From positions 2,112,001 to 2,176,000 of the forward strand of contig CAWJET010000001.1 in the NCBI GenBank assembly GCA_963842085.1: a stretch of 64,000 bases of DNA. Reading direction: 5' to 3'. The notes under the pieces are model-generated. The model had not been told where the DNA came from. It did no database searches and saw only the letters and a program-made list of their open reading frames with translations. Positions 14,296-23,158 of the stretch are shown piece by piece. The stretch is from an uncultured delta proteobacterium (GTDB taxonomy: Bacteria > Desulfobacterota > Binatia > Binatales > Binataceae). Each line of letters starts with the position of its first letter. The first letter of the stretch is position 1. Made by a program: the position numbers and the translations under genes.

Positions 14296-14558
14296 CACAT
14301 TGGCAGGAATCGGCCTCGTGCATCGCGGGCCGCGTCGCGCGCCCGCGCACGCCCAGCACGTACCTTGTGGCTGTTGCGTCGTAAAGTGTGGCGGCATCGA
14401 GCGCAGAGCGCAACGGTAGGCGCTTCGGCGCTCGAGGAATCGCCCAACGCAGGTACCGCTAACCCTGCTGCTGGAATGATTTCAGAGCTGGGCGAGGAAG
14501 CCTGACCATGCTCCGAGCGCTGAAAGAAGCCTCGGAGTACCGCTGGGATGGCGCTCAT
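14295..14558 (-). CDS. Small phage-like hypothetical protein (87 aa)
   Basis: CARC and RDARGRF motifs; TGA overlaps the ATG of the HEPN gene (TGATG). Confidence 0.45.
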   Translation of the reverse strand: MSAIPAVLRGFFQRSEHGQASSPSSEIIPAAGLAVPALGDSSSAEAPTVALCARCRHTLRRNSHKVRAGRARARDAARDARGRFLPM

Positions 14559-14590
14559 ATTGCGCCGGATTCTACGCCGGCAGAGCATCG

Positions 14591-14629
14591 AAAAGAAAAC
14601 GCCCCGCGATTCGGGAAACCGCGGGGCGT
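14591..14629 (-). terminator. Rho-independent terminator downstream of tRNA-Sec
   Basis: 10-bp stem ACGCCCCGCG/CGCGGGGCGT followed on the minus strand by TTTCTTTT. Confidence 0.75.
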
Positions 14630-14773
14630 AGGAAAATTTCCGCGGGCCTGAGCCGCTCGGGGCGGCGCTCCCTCTTGACCGCGCGCCCCGCGGCAAGCAC
14701 GGTGGAGGTGCCAACGAGGCTATTCCAACCTGAATCAAATCGACGTTCCGAGCAAGCCCACTCCTGAATGGAT

Positions 14774-14895
14774 GTGAACCTCGGCAGCGATCCGGCCAGC
14801 CCGCATAACATCACCCTGACAGGAACCGGGCCTTGACCTGAGCCCTTGCGTCTTCAGACTGAGCAGGTTGTTCTGGCGGAGGGGGGAGGGAGTCG
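14774..14895. repeat. Direct repeat copy 2 (att)
   Basis: Matches 12675-12796. Confidence 0.95.
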
Positions 14896-14969
14896 AACCC
14901 TCCGGCAACAATATTAGCCGCCAAGCCGGTTTTGAAGACCGGTAAGGCCACCGGGCCTTTTCCTCCTCC
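14874..14969 (-). tRNA. selC: tRNA-Sec (UCA)
   Basis: 96 nt; 8-bp acceptor stem (one A.C mismatch), 6-bp D-stem AAGGCC/GGCCTT with 4-nt loop, CTTCAAA anticodon loop, long variable arm, GTTCGACTC, CCA end. Confidence 0.92.
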
Positions 14970-15029
14970 AAGTTATTGATTTTGTAACAGTTTTCTCCTC
15001 TTCTCGCAGAGCAGTTGAGGGTCGTTCTG

Positions 15030-15320
15030 CTACGGATTTGGTGCCGTATTCAGTCTCCGAAAACCATTGGCCATTTCGGACGCTCCGTGCTTTGCCAGCG
15101 CGTTTGCGGCCTCGACTAAGCGTTCGTCATGCGTCTGAATATACCTGCGAAACCGATTTCCGTCTTGTACCCCAGCAGTGTCATCGCGACAGAAGGCGAG
15201 ATTGCCGGCGCCGAATCCAAGCGCGTTGCAGCTGTGCGCCTGGAAGTCATGCATCAGCTTTGCGGGATAACCCGCAGCCTTCGCGGCTTCGCACCTGCCC
15301 GACGTATCGTCTGATCGCAC
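15030..15320 (-). pseudogene. Tyrosine integrase C-terminal remnant
   Basis: Across two frameshifts reads LMHDF-RRTAATRL...AMTLLGYKTEI-FRRY, the HxxR/G/Y catalytic region; no N-terminus. Confidence 0.75.
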
Positions 15321-15551
15321 CGCTCTGCGCAGTTTCGATAGCGCGCATACTGCTGAAAGACGGGTCGAGGTGCTTCAACCTGGTGTCAAGGAAACCTTCA
15401 AGCGACGCGACTCGCCCGTGGAGGTTCAGCCCACAAATCACCGAATTCTTGTGCCGATTTCGTTCCGCGACCTCTGATCTTTGGTTCGGAACGGCGCGGG
15501 GTAAGCGCAATGACTATCGGCGACCATTCGGCTTTCGGCCGAGTCTCGCTG

Positions 15552-15776
15552 TCAGGACTTCCGGTAGAGGCCGCTTCCGACCAGCACCAGGCCAATGATG
15601 ATCGCTGCGCCGCTCACGATCGGCGGCACGCTGTGCGAGGTCGGTTCGGTGGCCTGGACTTTCAAATCGCCAAGTGTCACGACGTTCTTGGTCTCATTGG
15701 TCGTGAACTCCGGAATCGCGAGCCCCAACACTCCGAACAGGGCGATAATCACTCCGACGGTTACTATCGGCTTCAT
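15552..15776 (-). CDS. Small two-TM membrane protein (DUF3185-like)
   Basis: 74 aa MKPIVTVG...; close paralog at 51556-51780. Confidence 0.8.
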   Translation of the reverse strand: MKPIVTVGVIIALFGVLGLAIPEFTTNETKNVVTLGDLKVQATEPTSHSVPPIVSGAAIIIGLVLVGSGLYRKS

Positions 15777-15919
15777 TCGTTTATGACTCCACGGACGTTG
15801 AGCCTGGCTGGCGATTTCATGATTGCGTAAGTCGCGATCTCGATTAACAGGATGCCGCCGCCCGCGATTCCAAAAGCCTGCCACAGCGGTAGCCATTCAT
15901 GGAGCAGCAAGCAAGTGCT

Positions 15920-16237
15920 CTACTGAGTCGGATACGTCGTAGTGGTCCGCTTCTGTAGGGTGCCGTTATCTGTATGCGTGGTTACCGTGGTTGTGGTCTG
16001 ATCCGGCGGCGCATAGGGAGCGGGCTGCGTATACGTCCGCTGCACAGTGCCGTTGTCATACTGGGTGGTCGTGGTCGTGTTTGAAGTTGCGACCGGCGCC
16101 ATCACAGGCGGATTCGTCGTATCGTATTCCCTGGTCGTCGTGGTTTCGGTGACATGAGTAGTAGGTGCACAGCCGACCAGCCACGCCATCGCAATACCGA
16201 CACAAACAGCCACTGCCGAATTAGTTGTGTATTTCAT
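15920..16237 (-). CDS. Thr-rich hypothetical lipoprotein
   Basis: Lipobox LVGC, AGGAG RBS. Confidence 0.75.
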   Translation of the reverse strand: MKYTTNSAVAVCVGIAMAWLVGCAPTTHVTETTTTREYDTTNPPVMAPVATSNTTTTTQYDNGTVQRTYTQPAPYAPPDQTTTTVTTHTDNGTLQKRTTTTYPTQ

Positions 16238-16558
16238 TGTTCAGGCTCCTGTTTATCTCGTTCCCGACAAAAGGCGTGTCCCGGCTCAAAGACTGCGTAT
16301 TCGACTTCGTGGTCTGACTTAAAGGCCGGGCAAGTTTCTCATCAGTTACTCCATTGCCGGCCGACATACATCCATATGTTCCCCGACCGGATCGAATAGT
16401 GTTATCTGGGGAACCAAAATATTGATTCCCCAGACCGCGCACAGCGAAAAGCGCGAATCGGAATCGATCGGATGAGCGAACCGGATCGCGCAGCGTCGTT
16501 GAGGCAGCGAGAACCAGGCGGAATGACCCGCCTTTCGCGGCACCGCCGCGAATCAAAC

Positions 16559-17728
16559 TCAATCAGACTTCCGCTGCAGACTGAGCGTGGTCTCCGGCTC
16601 GCGCTTGGCGTGATCGCGCGCCATGCCGAGCGGATGCCGGCTCAGGAAGTCCAGCATCCGCTCGTTCCACCGGGCTGGCCACCGCATGTGACGAGCCAGG
16701 CCGCGGAAACTTGCGATGGTCCCGATCCGGCCATTCGCCATCTCATCGGTGCCGCATGAGTCGTCGCACGAAGGTACCCGCAGTCCCGACGAATCGACGA
16801 TAACGTCCTCGATGCTGCCGCCGAGCGCGCGCACCCGCGCCGCAAACCTGCTGCCGTTCGGACAAATTCCGCCGATGTCGCAATCGTTGTGCACGTGCAT
16901 CAGCGGTACTCGCGGATTGAGTACTTGCGCCTGGCCGTCGCCCGCCGGAGCAATTGCCACTGGAGTCTGGGTGCACACGTCGAACAGCGCGGAGTACGGG
17001 TCTGGCGCGGAATAGACGGCCGCAGCTGCCACCCGCGGCCGATTCAATGCGTATAGCAGCGCCATCGCGGCGCCGTTGGACCAGCCCATCATATAGATCC
17101 GCTGACGATCGACTTGACCCGTGGCGATCATTTCGTCGGTGAAGTGATCAATCGAAGCTGCGTCCGCGTTTTCGGCGTAAGTCGCATCACCTACGGGGAC
17201 CGCTCCAGCGAGACTCAACTGCCGGTACCAGTTGTCCCACCCGAGCGCGTTCGAATCGTATCCAGGATAGCGATGGGTCGTGTAGCGGCCCTGTGGCGCA
17301 AGTAGAATGAAACCGGGATTCCCTTCCTTGAGAACCCCTTTGTCAATCAGCCCAACCAAGCCGGTGAAGATTACCGAGTAGGCGCTCGTTTCGGACGGAT
17401 GAAGGAAGACCACCATCGGCATCGGTTCTCGTTCACCCGCGCGCGCGGGCTCATAGAGGCAGGCGTAGCGTGCGTCGCCGTTTCCGTCGGTCCACGGGCC
17501 TAACAGCTTGCCGCCAAGGCATACCGAGTTGCGCGCGGTCACAAAGCTGGCGTACCAGCCTCGGTCGACCTGTGCCGGGGGGTCGCCAAACGGACTGCAT
17601 CTGGTGCCGGCGAATACGTTGAGGCTCATCAACAACGGCACGATCAACGCGATGCCGGCGAGACCATGGCGAAGGCGATCTTTTCCTGAACTTTTGTTGA
17701 GAATCAGGGTTTCAGGCGTACGCGCCAT
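16559..17728 (-). CDS. Secreted alpha/beta hydrolase (PHB-depolymerase/esterase-like)
   Basis: PMVVFLHP, DRQRIYMMGWSNGA nucleophile elbow, signal-like segment; start chosen at MARTPE. Confidence 0.75.
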   Translation of the reverse strand: MARTPETLILNKSSGKDRLRHGLAGIALIVPLLMSLNVFAGTRCSPFGDPPAQVDRGWYASFVTARNSVCLGGKLLGPWTDGNGDARYACLYEPARAGEREPMPMVVFLHPSETSAYSVIFTGLVGLIDKGVLKEGNPGFILLAPQGRYTTHRYPGYDSNALGWDNWYRQLSLAGAVPVGDATYAENADAASIDHFTDEMIATGQVDRQRIYMMGWSNGAAMALLYALNRPRVAAAAVYSAPDPYSALFDVCTQTPVAIAPAGDGQAQVLNPRVPLMHVHNDCDIGGICPNGSRFAARVRALGGSIEDVIVDSSGLRVPSCDDSCGTDEMANGRIGTIASFRGLARHMRWPARWNERMLDFLSRHPLGMARDHAKREPETTLSLQRKSD

Positions 17729-18031
17729 GTTCAAGCGCGCTCGTGAGGAGCGACATGAATCAACCTTTATGCAGTGCTCCAAAAGGAACCATTTTAAGAG
17801 TGATACAAACGTTCGGGATTGCTCTCGTAACATCCCGCGGGATTGAATATTAACACATTCGCACTTGCTGCGGATGTTGCCAGCGTTGAACCTTGGTCTA
17901 AGCGGTAGCGCCGTGAATCCCGCTTTGGCCAATCGCATGTTTCGGTTCCCGGCAGCACGCTCGCAGTTTTTGGAGTCCAAGCGAGACGCACTACATTTGA
18001 TAGTCTTAGTGGCCAACGAGAGGTGAAGAAG

Positions 18032-18394
18032 ATGAACCGCATATCTATTCTGTTGCTCGCAGTCGCGCTTCCTGTCACTTTCGCTGCTCCATCGATCGCT
18101 CAGGAAGGAAAGACCTCGGGCGTGGTCGTCAACGGAAATACAACTACCGAGTTCAAAGCCGCCGATACTCGCGATATCGACACCCATAAGCTCAAGCTCT
18201 GGAATGACTTCGCGAGCCAACATCCCAAGGTCGCGAACCAACTCGCCCACCAGCCCGCGCTAATCAATGATGACGCCTACGCGAAGAAGCATCCGGCACT
18301 CGCCGCGTTCTTCTCGGCGCATCCGGATATTCGCGAGGCGATGACAGCGAATCCCGGTAACTACGTAGCCATTCCGCCGCGCCCCGGCGAATAG
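18032..18394 (+). CDS. Secreted hypothetical protein with HP-helical repeats
   Basis: Signal peptide; F..QHP..A.QL..QPAL..D..Y..KHPAL..FF.AHP. Confidence 0.75.
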   Translation: MNRISILLLAVALPVTFAAPSIAQEGKTSGVVVNGNTTTEFKAADTRDIDTHKLKLWNDFASQHPKVANQLAHQPALINDDAYAKKHPALAAFFSAHPDIREAMTANPGNYVAIPPRPGE

Positions 18395-18711
18395 CCGCGC
18401 CCGCTCTGCAGTCTGATTCGACCGCTCAGGCGGTAGCTGTCGGCCGCTGCTGGTCGTCCTGCGGCGGCCATAGTCCCAGACCCGTGCTGGGACCAACTAA
18501 TCGTCCGACGCAGCCCAATCTTGCGGAGTGAACGTTAAGAATTGTTACCTTCGTAACATATCGGGGGTAGTGTGAACCGCGCAAAGTTACTAAACATGGA
18601 TCGTCGACGCCCGCGAGAGTCGAAGGCACGCTTGGCCACATGCCCTTATGGTGAAGCCGATGCGTGCCTTCTCTTTTTGGCAGTGCGCGGGCGCAAATGG
18701 CGTGACGAAGT

Positions 18712-19161
18712 TCACCGGCTCGGACTGCTCAATTTAGCAATTTCACTTGTGATAAGCTTCCGCTCTTCTGCGATCTTCCTCTGCGCAGCCTGTGCAAAAG
18801 TAAAGTCGCCGGTTGCGGCATCCAGCGCTTTTTGAAACCTGCTGACAGTCTCGCGCGCTGACAGCGTAACCAGAATCGCTTGCGCACTCGCGTCGAAAAG
18901 GTCGGTCAATTTTTGCTGCATCACCGGGGAACCATTGTCGGGAAGAGTATTCATATAGTTCAGCCAATCGACGTGCGCTTGGCGTGCCCTTGCTTCACCA
19001 AAGATGGCCCGGTCCAAGGCCGGTTGCGCGGCCTGAAGGCTAGCCTTCGCTCTTTCAATCTCTGTTCGACATTCCGCCAAACGCGCGTCACTCGCGTTCT
19101 GTCGTTCCGTCGCACACCTCAGCATTTCATTCAATGTTAACAGCCGCGTGTCGCAAGGCAT
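18712..19161 (-). CDS. Hypothetical coiled-coil protein
   Basis: 149-aa helical ORF, GGAG RBS, no recognised motif. Confidence 0.55.
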   Translation of the reverse strand: MPCDTRLLTLNEMLRCATERQNASDARLAECRTEIERAKASLQAAQPALDRAIFGEARARQAHVDWLNYMNTLPDNGSPVMQQKLTDLFDASAQAILVTLSARETVSRFQKALDAATGDFTFAQAAQRKIAEERKLITSEIAKLSSPSR

Positions 19162-19226
19162 GGAATCATTTGACTCCTTGACTGGATGACTGCTCTCTCA
19201 CGCGCGATTTGGATGCGGTCCTCTCC

Positions 19227-20216
19227 CTATTTTTGCGCGGCAACGGTCGCTTCCGTCGTTGGCTGCCACGTCGCATCCGGATTGTATGCGACCATCTCGG
19301 TGGCTATCTGGTCGGTATTGGGACCCAGGTCCTTTTGATAGACTTGGCCGCTCTGATCGACGATGAACGTCATCACTCCTGAGTCGCGATAGCTTGCAGG
19401 ATAAGCAACCAGCGCGAATCCTCCGGTCATCTTGCCATCGACGATATAGCTTCGAGCGCCACCCGGCGCATTGGCTCCCTGACTGGTTAGCAGCCGGTAA
19501 ATGTAGCCGTGGAAGGGACGCGGTTGGCCGTTGGCCTGATGTTGATAGCCTTCATAAGCCGCTTCAGCGACCAGGGGGCCGAGCGGACTTTCCGGCTGCG
19601 CGCCCGCTTTGACCTCCCAGTACAAACCGTCCTGTGTTCCTGCCGTGCTCCGGAACCTCTGAGCGTATTGATGTACCGAGGCACCGTCGTGCAACGTCGA
19701 GTAATAGTCCCGCTGGGCATCGGCGATTGCGCCGCAGACTTTGATCGCGTCCAGCTCATTGGCGCCGATCCGCCGATACAAAATCTCCTGCTTGCCGTAG
19801 TCCGTGTCGAAGTACCACTGAGATCCATTTTGCCGCAGTGGTATCGGATTCGGCCAATTCTCGGTGCCTATGTAGAGATAGGTTCGTCCATCGCCAGCTG
19901 CGGCAAACTGATGCGATGCCTGATACTGGGCGGCAAAGGAATCTTGCTTGTTCTTGTCGGCCACCGGATCGCCGGACGAAATCAGGTCCTGGCCGGATGG
20001 ACCCAGAATCGCCAGCATCGCCGCTTCATCGTGATTCCGCACGGCTGCGTCGAGAGCATCGGCCGCCTCCGCAGCTGAAGTGAAGGTCTTCTGGCCCGCC
20101 TGTTGTGCCAATGTCGCGCGAGCGGTGCAAAGCCCAAGTACGAGGCTGACCGACAAGACCCACAGAGCTAGCCAACCACTTGTGATTCTTCGATTACCAT
20201 TTATTGAGTGAAGCAT
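19227..20216 (-). CDS. DUF2950 family protein
   Basis: EILYRRIGANEL, DGLYW, PFHGYIYRLL, GGFALVAYPASY, SGVMTFIV, YQKDLG. Confidence 0.88.
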   Translation of the reverse strand: MLHSINGNRRITSGWLALWVLSVSLVLGLCTARATLAQQAGQKTFTSAAEAADALDAAVRNHDEAAMLAILGPSGQDLISSGDPVADKNKQDSFAAQYQASHQFAAAGDGRTYLYIGTENWPNPIPLRQNGSQWYFDTDYGKQEILYRRIGANELDAIKVCGAIADAQRDYYSTLHDGASVHQYAQRFRSTAGTQDGLYWEVKAGAQPESPLGPLVAEAAYEGYQHQANGQPRPFHGYIYRLLTSQGANAPGGARSYIVDGKMTGGFALVAYPASYRDSGVMTFIVDQSGQVYQKDLGPNTDQIATEMVAYNPDATWQPTTEATVAAQK

Positions 20217-20238
20217 TGCTTTTCCCCGACGTCGACGA

Positions 20239-20625
20239 TTAATGGCCATGACTGCGTTCACTACTCTTAGTGTCGCGGGCAGCGCTCCGGGCGCCGCCGT
20301 GTTCACCGCCGCCGTAGCTGGTCCTGCCCCGGCTGCTCGCGTCCCACGCCTGGTGAGCCGGAGCATAGCCGCCAAACAGACCGCGGGTTTCTTCCCCGCC
20401 ATAGCCCCGGTAGACGTTTTTCGAGTAGTAAGTATTCCCTCCGTAGTAGCCAGGAGTTCCGTAGTAGCCTGAACTTCCGTAGTAACCCGGACTTCCGTAG
20501 TAACCCGGACCTCCCCAGCCAGACTCGTAACAACCCGTCACAAGGGTTGCGAAGAACAGCGCTCCAAGGATTGTTACTAGTTGACTGCCGATCGATCGTT
20601 TTTCAATTATGGCCGGGATTTTCAT
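20239..20625 (-). CDS. Gly/Tyr-rich lipoprotein
   Basis: Lipobox VTGC, (GYYGSP)n repeats, ASSRGRTSYGGG tail. Confidence 0.7.
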   Translation of the reverse strand: MKIPAIIEKRSIGSQLVTILGALFFATLVTGCYESGWGGPGYYGSPGYYGSSGYYGTPGYYGGNTYYSKNVYRGYGGEETRGLFGGYAPAHQAWDASSRGRTSYGGGEHGGARSAARDTKSSERSHGH

Positions 20626-20658
20626 TTTGCCCTCTGATTTCAGCTTGCCAACCAACGA

Positions 20659-21720
20659 CTACGATTTGTCATTGCCGTTCCCGCGCTGCTTGTTCTGGTG
20701 CTGACCCTCTGGCTGCTGCTGATGTTCTGGGCGGGTCGTCGCCTGCTCTGGCTTCTGGTTCTGCTCGTGCGCCGCTTGCTGTCGCTGCTGCTGCTGTTGG
20801 TTCTGCTGATTCTGCCGGTGCGCGGCCTGCTGCTGCTGAGTATTTCGCTGCTGCTGCTCGCGCGACGCCTGACGCTGCTGCTCCTGTTGCTGATTCTGCT
20901 GATTTTGTTGATGCGCAGCCTGCTGTTGCTGAGCGTTGCGCTGCTGTTGCTGAGCGCTGCGCTGCTGTTGCTCCTGCATCGCTTGCTGTTGCTGGTTCTG
21001 CTGATTTCGTTGATGCGCGGCCTGCGGTTCCTGTTGAACGTTTCGCTGCTGCGGTTCGCGCGCCGCTTGCTGTCGTTGGTTCTGCTGTTGGTTCTGCTGA
21101 TGCGTGGCCTGGGTTGTCCAATTCTCGTGTTGCTTGATCCAATTGGGATGCTGAGTATTCACCCAACCTGGATCCTTCTGGTACCACCATTGGCCATAAT
21201 GCCAATTGTGCTGGGCGTCATAGGCGCCGTCCTGGTCGCGCCAGCGTGTATCGAGCGAGACCCAATCCGGGTGATTGCTATAGAACCAGTCGGGATTGTT
21301 CTGATGCCACCAATAGGCATCGCGCCATTGGTGCTGGTCATCGTAGTCACCCCATTGTGTTTCGGCAGGTCCCGTAGACCAGTATTCGTTGTTCAGGGCC
21401 TGCCATTCGTACGGATGGCTCGCCAGGTACTGCTCCAACGCCGGAAACTGCGAGCGCCAATTGGCGTCGTAGAGTAGCCCCGGATTCCGTGCGAGTTCTC
21501 GCGCGATGTTCGGATGATTCGCCAGAAACAAACGAAAGCTTTGGTCTGCTGGATACTGCGGGACATCGTTGAACCAGGGATAGTAGTTCGAGAAGCCGGG
21601 CACCTGCGGCCCCCCAAACTGGATCGTGACCTGCGCCGAGGCGCTCGTAGCCATCGCAAGTGCGAACAGGACCGCGCCGAACCATACAATCGATTTTGTC
21701 TGCTTTATTGAAAGCGACAT
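20659..21720 (-). CDS. Secreted protein: HP-helical domain + Trp-rich repeats + Gln-rich tail
   Basis: GGAGG RBS, signal peptide, two GxYD..H.W....WW......W....HP.W repeats, ~145-aa Q-rich C-terminus. Confidence 0.8.
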   Translation of the reverse strand: MSLSIKQTKSIVWFGAVLFALAMATSASAQVTIQFGGPQVPGFSNYYPWFNDVPQYPADQSFRLFLANHPNIARELARNPGLLYDANWRSQFPALEQYLASHPYEWQALNNEYWSTGPAETQWGDYDDQHQWRDAYWWHQNNPDWFYSNHPDWVSLDTRWRDQDGAYDAQHNWHYGQWWYQKDPGWVNTQHPNWIKQHENWTTQATHQQNQQQNQRQQAAREPQQRNVQQEPQAAHQRNQQNQQQQAMQEQQQRSAQQQQRNAQQQQAAHQQNQQNQQQEQQRQASREQQQRNTQQQQAAHRQNQQNQQQQQRQQAAHEQNQKPEQATTRPEHQQQPEGQHQNKQRGNGNDKS

Positions 21721-21797
21721 TTGTTTGTCCTCCTCCGGCTGTTCGGCAGATAGTTCCTGGACCATTGCCTGCCCACTCCGGTCACTGGAGGAATGCA

Positions 21798-21977
21798 CTA
21801 CCTTTTCGGGCTGCCCTTTACGACACTCTTTGCCTTGTCGATCACGCGCTCCACGCCTTCCTTGATCTTGCCGCTGGCCTGATCGAGCTTCCCTTCCCGC
21901 TTTAGACGTTGATCATCCGTCAAGGCACCAACTGCTTCTTTCACTCGGCCTTTGATCTTGTCGCTTGTTCCGCTCAT
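21798..21977 (-). CDS. csbD: CsbD family stress protein
   Basis: DKIKGRVKEAVGALTDD..L..EGK.DQA.GK.K, 59 aa. Confidence 0.92.
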   Translation of the reverse strand: MSGTSDKIKGRVKEAVGALTDDQRLKREGKLDQASGKIKEGVERVIDKAKSVVKGSPKR

Positions 21978-22084
21978 AACACTGTACTCCTCTTGGTTAA
22001 GGCCACTGCTGGCCAAGGTTAAGGTACACCAAATACATCTGCGCTGCTCGTTCGGTCACTATAAAGTCCGGGGCACGCATTGGG

Positions 22085-23131
22085 TTAGTCCCGGAGGCGC
22101 AGATCGTCTTCGACCCCGCGAACGCCCGGAATCGAGCGCGCTACTTCTGCGGCCTCCAGGTTCCGCGCGCCGGTTGGGACGGTTCCAGTCAGCCGCGCGA
22201 CGCCGTTCCTCACCTCCAGGCCGACGTCTCTGAATTCATGCTCGTCGAGAGCCTGTCTGACCCTGCGCTGTAACTCGTCGTCGCTCGCGTTCACAGCTTG
22301 CTGCCGCGCGCTCGGCACCACCTGCAGTTCGTTCACCACGCGCTTTACTCCGCTCACCCTGAGGGCATCGGCCTCTGCGGCGGACTTCGCGTCCTGTGAG
22401 GGCACAATCCCGAACAGCGTCACTACCCCGTTCCACGGGTCGAGATCGATTTCGAGCCCCGGAACATTGGTATCGGCAATCAAGCCCATCCTCACGGCCG
22501 ACGTGACCCATATGTCATTGGCGGTGTCCCAAGCTCCGTACCCCGCCCTGGGCTGCGGCGGCGCGGGTGCGCGCCAGATCTCCTCATCGGCCAGAGTGTC
22601 AGGACTCTGGATCTCACTGGCGACCCGGCGGACACCGGGCACAGCCGCCGCGACCTCGACCGCACGCAGGTGAGCGCTCAAGGTCTTTGCCGTACCGCCT
22701 AGTAGTACGACACCCTGGTTCACGGACCGCACATCGATATTGCTGGACTTGAGTGAAGGGTCGGCTTCCAATGCCTGTTCAACCTGCTGTTTGAGGTCGT
22801 CGTCAGACACTCGCATCGCCTTCTCATGCTCTGGGGCGACCACCTGCAGCAGGTTGTCCACCCCTTGAACACCGTCGACTTTCCGAGCGATGCCCTCCGC
22901 CTTCGCCTTCTCCTCGGCGGAGTGCACCTTGCCAAACAGGGTGACCCGGCCGACGACGGTGTCGACCTTAATGGCCGTTCCGCTCACGCCCTCCGTGGTC
23001 AACAGGGCCAGCTTGATTTTGGTCGTGATCCAGGCGTCCGGGATCGCCGCCCCGACCGACGTGGACAGCGCGGCGCCCAGCAGCACAGCCAGGACACTGT
23101 ACCTAATCCACATCCGCGATGGTCGGAGCAT
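22085..23131 (-). CDS. OsmY-like protein with four BON domains
   Basis: DAWITTKIK, GVVxLxG, V.GV..V.N.L repeated four times; signal peptide. Confidence 0.9.
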   Translation of the reverse strand: MLRPSRMWIRYSVLAVLLGAALSTSVGAAIPDAWITTKIKLALLTTEGVSGTAIKVDTVVGRVTLFGKVHSAEEKAKAEGIARKVDGVQGVDNLLQVVAPEHEKAMRVSDDDLKQQVEQALEADPSLKSSNIDVRSVNQGVVLLGGTAKTLSAHLRAVEVAAAVPGVRRVASEIQSPDTLADEEIWRAPAPPQPRAGYGAWDTANDIWVTSAVRMGLIADTNVPGLEIDLDPWNGVVTLFGIVPSQDAKSAAEADALRVSGVKRVVNELQVVPSARQQAVNASDDELQRRVRQALDEHEFRDVGLEVRNGVARLTGTVPTGARNLEAAEVARSIPGVRGVEDDLRLRD

Positions 23132-23158
23132 GAAACCTTCTCCTTGATCGAAGAACAC

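Larger units (their letters stand above)
12797..14773. mobile_element. Integrase-less mini-island inserted at tRNA-Sec 3' end
   Basis: Bounded by 122-bp direct repeats containing the tRNA 3' end; TGGCAC-tttt-gTGGCAC tandem near 12875 resembles integrase arm sites. Confidence 0.8.

Noticed and set aside
17729-18250. N-terminal extension of the 563-aa ORF 16559-18250
   Set aside because: Overlaps the better-supported + strand secreted gene; the hydrolase signal region begins after 17728
20698-21477. Leu-rich membrane-like ORF (also 48070-48993)
   Set aside because: Antisense of CAG-rich Gln tails; the minus-strand genes have signal peptides and conserved repeats
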